From positions 36,394,001 through 36,458,000 of the forward strand of contig NC_043014.1 in the NCBI RefSeq assembly GCF_006345805.1: DNA of 64,000 bases, read 5' to 3'. How positions within the stretch are numbered: position 1 is the stretch's first letter; each line of letters begins with the position of its first letter. Made by a program: the position numbers and the translations under genes. A model generated the notes under the pieces. That model made no database searches, was not told the origin of the DNA, and worked only from the letters and a program-made list of their open reading frames with translations. Shown here piece by piece: positions 39,487-51,750 of this stretch. Source of the stretch: Octopus sinensis. Taxonomy: Eukaryota.

Positions 39487-39918
39487 CGTACCGTGAATCT
39501 TTGCGGTTCGAACGGCAGTTTTTTCTTGCGGTGTCATATGAAATTGTCACCCATAATTATGTCCCTGGTATCGATCTGTTTTAGGTTTAGGGTTAGTTAG
39601 GTTAGGGTTTGGGGTGGGGGGAAGGGTACCTTTATTTCTTCAGAAATGTAAATAAACCCAATCTGTTTCTTAAACGAGGGACATATTCATACGGCACATA
39701 ATGTTTTTACCTCAATAGATGTCATTGATTGGTTGAAATTGCAGAAATTGAAGAAGAAAAAACAACAAATAACCTACAAACTATAGAATTGTCTCAATAA
39801 AGCCAAGAGAAAAAGATGTTTTATAAACACATTCTACCAGTATACGAAGTTTAAATGTTTTGTTGCGTGGAAATTATTTTTAAAAAACTGCCGTTCAAAC
39901 CGAAAAGATCCCGTACCG
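39487..39918. mobile_element. Complete MITE spanning the A/B junction
   Basis: Imperfect ~35-bp TIRs (cgtaccgtgaatctttgcggttcgaacggcagtttt / aaaactgccgttcaaaccgaaaagatcccgtaccg). It has an internal TTAGGG-like G-rich tract. Confidence 0.75.
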
Positions 39919-40802
39919 TTTCATTTCAATCCCTTCTGCTTCACCCGTAAGTTACCTAGTGGTATGTGTAGCAGCAATCCAGACTGCTCGGGGAGTGGAG
40001 TAAATCCTTTTTTTCTCAACTGCCTGGATGACCTTACAATAAAGAAGGAGCTTCGATAAGGTAGAAATCCTGGTAAGCCTACCACTCCCGACGAATCCCT
40101 TTGGCCTGAATCAACCGAGTCGGAAGAATGCTTAGGAAGCTGTTCAAGCAGCTAGGTCAGCAAGGTCAGCTAGGTCATCCAGTGTCCAGTGTAGCGCCAT
40201 ATTGAAAAATCAATTAGAAAAATACCAAACAAATGTAGTAAGAAAAAGAAAATGTCTTGACTGCTCTTCTCTTTTTTCTCTCTCTCTCTCTTTCTCTCCT
40301 CCAACGTTCTTTCTCTATATCTTTGTCCCTTTCACTCCCTCCCTCTCACTTTTCCATGACGTTCTTCTTAATCTTTGACTGTAACTCCTTCTTGCCAATC
40401 TTCCTTCTTTTCTGCCTTTCTTACTTTCATATCCTTATAACTTTCCCTCACTTTCCTCTCCCGCGTCCTAAGTCGGCGTCTTTTTCTTAATCACAATACT
40501 TCTTTCACCCAATCTCTCAATACTTCGAAATTCTCTATCTTTCTTTCCATCTTTGTATGTGTATATGTGTGAGTTGTGCTTTTGCGTGCGCATGTGCATG
40601 CGTGCTTGTGTACGTGTGTGTGTAATTAAGTTTCCGTTTTTAAGAATATTTACTTCCGGTTTTCTAGCGTTAGTGACATTTATATCTCTATCTATATCTC
40701 TTTATCCATCTCTCTCTATTTATCTCAATCTCTCTATATATTTCTCTATCTATATCTCACTATCTATCTGTCTATATTTTATCTATCTACATATCTACCT
40801 AC

Positions 40803-40889
<87 letters not shown>

Positions 40890-40894
40890 CCTTC

Positions 40895-40993
<99 letters not shown>

Positions 40994-41252
40994 GTTTTAC
41001 CTGCCTTCTCCTACTTGAAGAAGAAAAGAGATAGAAAGAGAAACAGACAGACAGAGAGAGGGAGAAAGAGAAAGATAGAGAGAGAAAAAGAAAGAAACAG
41101 AAAGTTGGACTTGCGTTTTTCTCTCTAATTCTGTTATGTTTGGCCATTTCGACTACGCTATTTGTAAGAGATATCTTTTCGTAAAATTTCTGCTTTCTGG
41201 AAGCCGACAATCATTTCTCCTCCTGCCTTATACCTGTCGCACAAGATCAACA

Positions 41253-41298
41253 ATGTTGTTAGTTATGATGTTACTGATGACTTCTTACACCTCGGCTT
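41253..41298 (+). CDS. Gene B exon 1: signal peptide MLLVMMLLMTSYTSA
   Basis: caacaATG and T|GTAAGT donor; 2 nt differences from gene A. Confidence 0.8.
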
Positions 41299-41398
41299 GT
41301 AAGTTAATATTAAGAAACATAATATTTTTTTCGGTTACAACACTGAATATTCTTCTCTTAGATAACCTGCTTTCATCTTCGAACGACACAGTATACAC

Positions 41399-41454
<56 letters not shown>

Positions 41455-43124
41455 ACACGCATGCACACACACACACACACATTATCAACACACCGGCATA
41501 CACTTTTCAACAGCGTCACCACAAATACCTATTTCTTTACTGCCCACAATGGGCTACACACAGAGAGGGGACAAACAAGGACAGACATAGGTATTAAGTC
41601 GATTACATCGAGCCCAGTGCGAAATTGGTTCTTAATTCATCGACCCCGAAAGATGATAGGCAAAGTCGACCGCGGCGGAATTTGAACTCAGACCTTAACG
41701 CAGACGAAATACGGCTAAGCATTTCACCCGTCGTTTTAACGTTTCTGCCAGCTCGCCACGAATACCATAATACGAACAACACAACACACTGTTTAATTCA
41801 GTACACACACCACACACCATCATGCACACTCACACCCACACACACACATAATATCTGAACACAGAGAATATATAGATACACACGCAACACGCATTGACAC
41901 GGATAACATTCGCTCACAAAAATACACTCTAAATGTGCACAATATTTGATTACAGATAAACACACACAGACACAGACACACATACACACGTGCACACACC
42001 ACCTGAATAAGCTCACGTAAACGGCTACACGTGCAACACAACAGACACACGCGCACACAGACACGTTAGCTTCACACATATACACACGTCCATATGCACA
42101 CACACACACAGGGGAATACACAAAACGCACATTTCTCCACACAACACATACACTAGGTTAATTTTACACACAAACACACACACACACATACATACGAAGG
42201 TACATACATACATACATACATACATACATACATACATACATACATACATACATACATACATACATTCATACATACATATCCCGTTCTGTCTGTGTTTGTA
42301 AAAGTTTATAAAGACTGTATTTTTCAACTGATTTCCTCCAAACTGCGAACGTACATTACTTATGTTCCAGGGATGGCTTTAGACCAGTGGTTTTCAACCA
42401 GGGTTCCGCGGTACCTTAGGGTTCTACCAGCACAGTCTAGGGGTTCCGCAAGAAGTTAAAAAACTGCTAAAATCGGCAGTAATTTTTATTCTCCTGTGCA
42501 GATATGTCTGCATAAGACTATTAAATTATGGCACAGGGGTTCCTCGAGCCAGTGGAATGTTTCCTCGGGGTTCCACTCCAGCAAAAAGTTTGAAAAGCAC
42601 TGCTTTAGACTATTAAAATTTCTCACATAATCAGTAGCGTGCCCCTTGGGAGCCGAAAAATACATACATCCGAACGCACACATTCACACCAGCAAGTACA
42701 TGGAATGCATGTCACTTCACATAATGTACACACTGACACACAGAAGTCCACATAATTTTCAGCTAACCCACTCATACTTACTCACACACTAGCATCCATT
42801 CACATAAACACGTTCATGGACACCGTCCTCCCAAACACACATGCGCTTGTGCACCTAAACGCCTTGCATATTACCGTTATCGTTATGTTTATTATCTCGC
42901 TTTCATTCAACCTCTATTTTTCGGTCATCTCGCCATGTTGGACAATTTTTCTCTGCACTTCCTTTTCTTTCTCAATTTTCTTTATTCTTTCACAGTTTTC
43001 TTCATTCTCTCTCCGTTTTTTTCCCTCTGAATCATTTTTGTCGAAAAACATAGTCTCGAGAGTTAAAAGACTTTTCCTTTCATCCCGAGCGTTAAAATAA
43101 TACACCTGCTGTCTTCGTCTTCTG

Positions 43125-43294
<170 letters not shown>

Positions 43295-43568
43295 TATATA
43301 TGATATTAGCCGGTGTTTTTCAACCGATGAGTAGCTTTGCGTAAACCATGTATCGTTTGTTCTCTTACTTTGTTATCATCTTATAATCATCTCATAATAA
43401 TGACTTTTACGACTCGTATTACTACCTCAGTCATTCTAAATGTATATATTTGTCGTTACCTGTCATAAATAGCCTTTTTCTATTTGCAATGTGCATTTTT
43501 GTAGATTTTTCATATTTTACCCTAACATTTCCACGTGTATTTTATCTTTTCTTTATATAACATATTTC

Positions 43569-43626
<58 letters not shown>

Positions 43627-43629
<3 letters not shown>

Positions 43630-44274
43630 TTGACTGCTATTTCTAAATTCGGTGTGTTGGTGAGGCAATTCGTTGCTAAACCCTTAATTACTTAGTATTA
43701 CTTAAATTTTCCTCGAATGGGGCTTTTACATGCCGAAATCTACTTGGTGTAATTGATAATTATTCCAAATTAATTAATTTCACCCTTTATTATTACTGAT
43801 AACCATATTTTATCCCAGTAAATGACCACAGCATTTTGTCTTGGCTACACGCGGGTGGAAGGGGGCTGGTGACACAAACTTTCATTCATACTTTGAATTT
43901 CGTGGTACTGGTCATGCTTTGGCTCGCTCTGACACTGAGTTGAGATAATGCCTTCTAGTATCTCAAAATTTAATATACAATTATTCATAATTGTAGTATC
44001 CTGCGCCGATGAGAAAAGAAGTTTGGGTAAGGTAGAATTTTCTAATTCTTATGCTTTCCTAAAACTTGATTTCGAAACGTACGTCCGTAGGTAACTTAAA
44101 ATTGTATGATAGATTGCCGTCATTTCATTCTTTCTTTCTTACCTGTCTGTGTTTGCCTTTCAAGTGCTGTGTTTTTACTGAGATCCCCCTTTTAGTAGAA
44201 GGAATAGCTATATCTCTTTGACTGCTATTTCTAAATTCGGTGTGTTGGTGAGGCAATTCGTTGCTAAACCCTTA
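43627..44274 (+). mobile_element. Retrozyme-like insertion: 588-bp unit plus 60-bp terminal redundancy, unit B-specific
   Basis: Identical 60-bp direct repeats at 43627-43686 and 44215-44274, inserted in (TA)n and absent from the paralogous (TA)n at ~17960-18045. It is non-coding and contains a hammerhead motif. Confidence 0.7.
44000..44091 (+). ncRNA. Type I hammerhead ribozyme (U4C core variant, long stem II)
   Basis: Stem I CCUGCG/CGUAGG; core CCGAUGA (44006-12) and GAAA (44074-77); stem II 44013-44073 closed by G-C; palindromic stem III ACGUACGU; GUC cleavage triplet, cutting after 44085. Confidence 0.75.
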
Positions 44275-44277
44275 TTG

Positions 44278-44338
<61 letters not shown>

Positions 44339-45231
44339 TTCAGCAAAATTTAGATCCAGATGAATTTGGTACTTAAGTTAAAGGCACCAGAATTTGGTAT
44401 GGTATTATCCATATAAATCAAATGGGGTGATTATAATCAAAATAAGCAACAAGGATATCCAAGGTTGTGTAGTACAATCGTTTCATGCTACTTCATTTTA
44501 TTATACGCTGTAAGAATTACGTCAGTTGTTAAATGTCGAGTAATCATCAGCACATATAGAAGATTTATTTAAATTAAATGGACAATGTGCATATTTATAT
44601 TTATTTCATTTGCCAACATTACAAAGAGGGTAGATATATAGACGGAGAGGTTAATCTCATCATTAAGAACGTGGTGATAGTTTGTCCTTCTCCATTGGTA
44701 GATTTCTTATCACTGTGTTCACTTTGCTATTTAGATCTATCGGTGGGGAGGTGTTTCTTATCTTGGTTCAATGAAGAAAAACAAGAATTTTCTAATTATT
44801 GATAGGGGAAGGGGTAGTACCAATTTCAAAACCATAAATCCATCCTTATTATGAAGAATTTAACTTAAGCATATTTGAATGTATTTTAGCAAACGTTTGT
44901 AGGCTGAAGTGTATGGTTTTGACATTTGTACTACCCTTTCCTCTATCTATAAATGTTAACATTTAACATTATTGACCGAGGTTACCGGGGTATTTTCCGA
45001 AGGCTTTTCTTTCCACGGATAAACCCTATTTACTTTCTCCCTTACACTTTACATCATGACATTACTGTGATAAACGATCCCTATTGATCGTTATTTTTCT
45101 TTCTTTCTCTTTTACGATCTCTTTTGATCGAAAACCTACCCCCATTTTTTTCTTTTCCCCCCATAAAGAACAGGTCTACTTTGTAATCTGTCCCATCTGT
45201 GTGCAGCCCTGTGTGGCTAATAAAGAAACAA

Positions 45232-45282
<51 letters not shown>

Positions 45283-45289
45283 ATCTATC

Positions 45290-45372
<83 letters not shown>

Positions 45373-45376
<4 letters not shown>

Positions 45377-46411
45377 ATGGTTTGGCTAGTGCAGTATTTC
45401 TTGACCCACTTTGTGGGAGTGGCGCCTGCAGGTCTGGAGTCAAAACCGAAAGGCCTTTGTTTACTGGAAGGGTAATGGCTTTTGGAGGGACCTTTGGCCT
45501 TGTGCGGTCGATTGGAAGTCGTTCTAGACACCCCTTGAAGAAGAGGAGGAGGAATGTAGTGAGAAAGATAGAGTAAGGAATCTGAGAGCAGATAGAGAGG
45601 ATGACAGCAGCAGCGCCGATAAAGATAGGGACATAGGACCAGGCGGAATAGAGAGAGTATAAGACTAAGAGACAGATTGAGGGTAGTGATAAAGACAGTT
45701 GGTATTCGGTCGTCAAAGCGAGTAGTTGGAATTTTGGGAGCAGGCGTTTGGGATGCAGGAGCTTGGCAAGTTGGAGTTAGCGGCACGGAGAGAGATATAT
45801 ACAGAGGAATAGGCGGCTGTTAGAGAGGAACTACAATATGGGACACTGGCTATTCAATTAGGAATTAAGGTATTTAATTGTATTGATACGTGCTACGATG
45901 TAAAAGAAAAAAAGAAAGAAGAGAGACAAAAAGGACTCTGATGTAGTCGTTAAAGACATTGAACTGTATATGACTTGTTGATGTGTTTTGAAATAGAACT
46001 GTGTTTTCGGACGTATACCTTTGAAATTCTGATGTATTGACCTTGTTGTGTCATACCGGACGGTTATATTGTTACTTGCATGTTTAAATGCTTTGATCTG
46101 TTGTATGCCTGTATTGATTTGTTGTTTCCTTTAAATGCTTTGATCTGTGGCATACCCGTATGATGTATTGAGTTGTCACGTGCATGTCCTCCTTTAAATG
46201 TATCTGAAATGTATTTGATGTAACAATTGATTGTCATATAAACTAGTTGTTAAATGTAAGCCAGTGGCGCCTTGCCTCTTTGTGTCTCTCTCGGTTGCCT
46301 CTGTATCTCTCTGTGCTGCTGCTGCTGTTGTTGCTGTCTCTCCTCTCTCCTCTTTGTGTTCCGTGGCGAACTTGCCCGTTCGGGCGTGCGACGGTGGGTG
46401 ATTCCGTAACA
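45373..46411. mobile_element. Solo LTR (probably Gypsy-type), unit B-specific
   Basis: TGTTATGG...CCGTAACA termini, ATAT flanks within (TA)n, non-coding 1039 bp, absent at ~19030 in unit A. Confidence 0.8.
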
Positions 46412-48733
46412 ATATATATATATCTTTCATCGTTTGTCTTTTACTTACTTCAGTCATTAGACTGCAGTCATGCTGGGGCACCGTCTTGAGATTTTAATCG
46501 ATTGAATAGACCCCATTACTTATAATTTAAACCTGGTACTTATTCTATCGGTCTCTTTTGTCAACCACTCTAAGTTACGGAGACGTAAACACCAACACCA
46601 GTTGTCAAGTGGTGATGGGGAGACAAACACAGACATATACACATAGATATATATATACATATATACATAGACATATACATATATATACATATATATGCGA
46701 CAGGCTTCTTTCAGTTTCCGTCTACCAAATCGCCTCAGAAGGCTTTGCTCAGACCTGAGGCTATAGTAGAAGACACTTGCTGAAGGTGTCACTATTAATC
46801 AAAAACAGCACATCATCTCTATACAGTCCACCTTTAATATCTGGAAATTTATTACTAAAATAAAATAGAATGTATAGATCAGAATCAGCAGATCCCATGG
46901 TAATGTCAAAAAATCATTGCTACTTTTTCTTGCCCAGGACTTATTATCAAATAAACTAATAGATTTTTAAGTATATGTTTTTCTTAAGTATACACATATC
47001 AAGAAAAACTTTACTTAATGTACTCAGGTCAGATCAGCCTGGGAAAATTATTCTCACTTCAGAATTAAAAAAATTGTTTTCCTTGTGATCTTTTAAAGTT
47101 ATCCTAGGCGTCATTGATACAAAAGTCTCTGTTCTATCACCAAGGTCCTTGTCATTCATAATTTTCTTCGCTTCTAAGTTAATGAACCTTAAAACTTTTT
47201 ACTTACTACTTTATAATTACTAGTAATCTCTTTCTTCATTTATTCATGATATTTTATTAGATCCTAATCATATAAGTTTCATTGCTCCATAATTCCATTT
47301 TTTTCTTTTAAGATCACATAGTAGACAATTTAATTTCTTTAAATGTTCAATTTCCCAGAGGGAATATTTAACAAATATAATATTCTTGACAATATTCCAT
47401 AAATCGTCTTCAAAGGCCTCCAAATTGCGGTTTGGTGGTGCAAATTCCTTCGTCTGAAAGTTCTTTTAAAAAGTTCAGTATCTTTTTTATGAGGGTTATT
47501 TTCTTTTATAAAATCCTTTTCATGGTAAAAAGCCACCCAACGGATTCTATGAATGAATTCAAAAGTCTTATTAATCAGATCCTTCATGAAATCCTTTCTA
47601 GGTGGAATAGGAAAGTCTTGTAAAGATAAGTGAATCGGTAATTTCTCCATTGAGATCAGCGAAAATATGTATTAATATTACTTAAATAATGTACAAATAT
47701 ATTATTATAAATCAAACCAAGAAAAAGAACCTTTTCAATCAATATATAATAAACATTGATTTATGATGCTATTCTCCTCTAATAAACCAAGTAAATTTGT
47801 GTTACTTTCTTATTTACTAAAACTAAAGTTTATATTAATACGAATAAATAAATTAGAACAATTATTATATATAATTATATATAATTTTGAACAATTTTGC
47901 ATATATGAATGTTTCTTGTAGACCCTATAAAATTTAGCATATATCATCATATGTTCTTTCGAACTTGTATATACACATAAAAACTTATGTGTACACTACG
48001 GTAGTAGTTGAATAATATTCTTAACGTAGCTTTTTGTTGCAGTTGGCGTCTTCCAAGTAGTCTCACTAATTCACTTTTAATCCAAATCAAATTTAGTTTT
48101 TAAAAATTATGTTTGACTAGTGATAAGCTACATTTAGACATAAAATACCTGAAGTCTGGTGCAGTAGAACAAAAGAGAAAAAGCGTATAGACCAAACTGG
48201 TTGACTGACGGGTAATAAAGCCCGACATCGGCATTTTGAATCCACACAATTCTTTTAACTTTGATCAATAATTATTATATTGATATTAATATGAAAGGAA
48301 ATGTTAAAGGAATATATTGGTAAAGGTTTCGTAAAATGTTATCCATTAGAAAAAAGTTATTAATTTTAATTCACAAATTTGTATCAATTTTTGCGTGATA
48401 TTAAAGGGACTAAACGACAACACAAATCAATACAAAATGTTCTATTTATTTTCTTTAGTATAAATTACTTTTTATAAAAATTGAATTTTTTTGCTTAACT
48501 TTTTGTAGTGTGGCTTTCTAAATCCATTTTTGAATAAATTATTTTAACAACAAGATTATTTGATAAAAATATTAAAATTTATTTTATATTTTGTCTCTAT
48601 GATCAGTATTCTATCATGTTGTAGGGCTGTTCAGAAAAGGCAAATGACAAAAATTCTAATATTTTAAGACACTTGCTTCCCAGCTGTATGGCTGGGAAGC
48701 AAGCGTCTTACAGTGACTCCTAGAGAGAGAGCA

Positions 48734-48767
<34 letters not shown>

Positions 48768-48937
48768 TGAGAGAGAGAGAGAGAAAGAGTGAATGAGGCA
48801 GAAAGATTTCAATAAATAAATGCATAGATATGCATGCATATATACTAATGTATAGATGTATCAACCAATATACCTATATATATAACTTTGTCTCTCTCTT
48901 TCTATATATGATATACATGTATGTATGTATGAATGTA

Positions 48938-48999
<62 letters not shown>

Positions 49000-49571
49000 C
49001 ATATATTCATATGTATATATGTGTGTGTGTGTGCGTATGTGTAAGTCCGTGTGTGTGTCCGTAAATACATACTTATGTATCAAGTTATTTTCAACTGAGA
49101 CGTTAGAACCGTATTTAATACTTGAAGAGCTTAAATTGTGTGCATGTGCATATATTTACCAGATTGATGACATCTATCATAGGTTTTTCCCATTGTGTTG
49201 ATGAATTATTTTCTATGATTAATAAAACTGTCGGTATTTTGACGACACAGGTATGTTAGTATAATAATAAATATCAAAAACTATCTGCAAAGTTTTATTT
49301 GTGGATAGATGTAATCCGTATTCACAACAACCGTTATTTTTATTGGTTCTCTTTTTCCTACTTCTGTCATTCTTCTTCTTCTTCTTCTTCTTCTTCTTCT
49401 TCTTCTTCTTCTTCTTCTTCTTCTTCTTCTTCTTCTTCTTCTTCTTCTTCTTCTTCTTCTTCTTCTTCTTCTTCTTCTTCTTCTTCTTCTTCTTTTCTTC
49501 TTCTTCTATAGTTACATTTATATATTTTTTTATAACATCTATCTCTGATTTATGTTTAATTTTCTATGCAG

Positions 49572-49904
49572 TTACTGAGGTTGCAGATGTGTTACCTTCA
49601 AGCAATATTGATTTTGCAAACAGAACATTCTTAACTATAAAATGTCGGTATGATATAGAAAATCTTCTTATGTTTTTTCTCGTGCGAAATCACAGTGAAA
49701 TTATTGTTCGAATCGATTTTCAATTGAAGACACGAAGTTTTGCGGTAGTAACCAGGAGAAGGGGTTTTGACTGTACTGTACCTACATTCCCTGCAGATAA
49801 GAAAGGTGTGATTACCTGCTCGAAACGTTATCCCTCTTGTGAGGATGCGACATACTACAAATGTTCAGCAAATAAAGAATCTTCAAAATCTAGACTTGTA
49901 AAAG
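49572..49904 (+). CDS. Gene B exon 2: V-like Ig domain
   Basis: tctatgcAG acceptor, G|GTAAGT donor, 333 nt open, all 5 Cys and EDATYYKC retained. Confidence 0.9.
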
Positions 49905-51150
49905 GTAAGTTTACTCGTTCTATTTTTACTTCCGTTTCTTGTTTTGCACGTATTCAACTCCATTGTCTTTATTTTTATTTCTATTGCGTGTTTCTATTGC
50001 ACTATCGAACACAAGTTTCATCCAGTCAGGTCAATTGCCCAGGCCAGCCTGACTACCTCTCTCCATCACTCCTGATCTTCCATTAGTGTTTTTAGGCCTT
50101 CAACTTGGCATCCAACATCTTCTGCAAGCTGTTGTATATATGTCTTCCGTTGTCTTCCAGTCATTGTGGTACCGTGATTTGGTGCCCACAACAACTCGTT
50201 ACTCACAAGTTTTTCTTTACTTCTCCAGCAATGGTCAGCAAAACCCAACGTACGCTCTTAGATGATTGATGAGAAAGTTGATACATTCCCGTATAACCTT
50301 TGTTTTGTTGGGTTCTCCCTCCATTAAATGTTGGGCACTGCACGTAACATTCTGGTGTAGGTACCGTCCAGCATGCACTTAAGTCCCTCTCTTTCTTTTC
50401 TCTCTTTTACTTATTTCAGTCATTTGACAGCGGCCATGCTGGAGCACCGCCTTTAGTTGAGCAAATCAACACCGGGACTTATTCTTTGTAAGCCCAGGAC
50501 TTATTCTATTGGTCTCTTTTGCCGAACCGCTAAGTGCATGTCTGTATATGCATGCATGAATGTATGTAAATATGTTTGCGTATGTGAATATATATGTATC
50601 TATATATGTGTCCACATATTCATACATGCGCACACACACACATACATACACGCACACACGCAAATATATATAATTGCACACAAATACATGCTTATGTGTA
50701 AGTAAATATACACGTGTATGAATGTGTCATTCATCTGTTGTGGAGTTATTGCTAGTCTTTGGTTCCACACAGCCTTAGCACTGCTTACACAGTTAACCAC
50801 TTCTAAGCAACAGTTCCCAAAGTCCAGGATTAACAATAATTGGAGTGTTGTCAAATGTTTTAGTCTTGTATGAAGATTGTAGTTTACATTAGTGAAACTA
50901 CTCTTTGATTGTGAGGCCCTTTGTTCGAAGATAAGCATATTTCGATTCTCTTTACTCTTTTTACTCTTTTATTTGTTTCAGTCATTTGACTACGGCCATG
51001 CTGGAGCACCGCCTTTAGTCGAGCAAATCGACCCAGGGACTTATTCTTTGTAAGCCCAGTACATATTCTATCGGTATCTTTTGCCGAACCGCTAAGTGAC
51101 GGGGACGTAAATAAAACAGCATCGGTTGTCAAGCAATACTAGAGGGACAA

Positions 51151-51252
<102 letters not shown>

Positions 51253-51441
51253 GACAGGCTTCTTTCAGTTTCCGTCTACCAAATCCACTCACAAGGCATT
51301 AGTCGGCCCGGGGCTATAGCAGAAGACACTTGCCCAAGATGCCACGCAGTGGGACTGAACCCCGAACCATGTGGTTGGTTAGCAAGCTACTTACCACACA
51401 GCCACTCCCTGGCCTACTCGTTTTTGTTTTTTTCTTTTCAG

Positions 51442-51750
51442 TGAGATCTTTCATGAAGAAACTTGAATTTCTTAACCCGCCCGCTGAAGTAAACAAGTTA
51501 GCGATCTTCAGATGTTCAGCATACATCGGTGCACCTTTTGGCGCTACTGACTTTTTATGGAGTCATGAGACAAAACACTACAATTGGATAAATGTGAGTC
51601 AAGTGGATGTTCGACCGCATGGAAAGTGTTTATCTCCAGCAGTGTCAATTAAGAAAATCGTTATAAGAGAGGGGGACATTGGTAACTCATGTTCCGTCTC
51701 ATGTTCCGTATACAGTGATTCACGCACTCTACAGCTCACCAGCAAAACAG
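51442..51750 (+). CDS. Gene B exon 3: C2-like Ig domain (103 codons)
   Basis: ttcttttcAG acceptor and G|GTAAAC donor; in-frame +3 nt relative to gene A adds a Cys. Confidence 0.9.
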
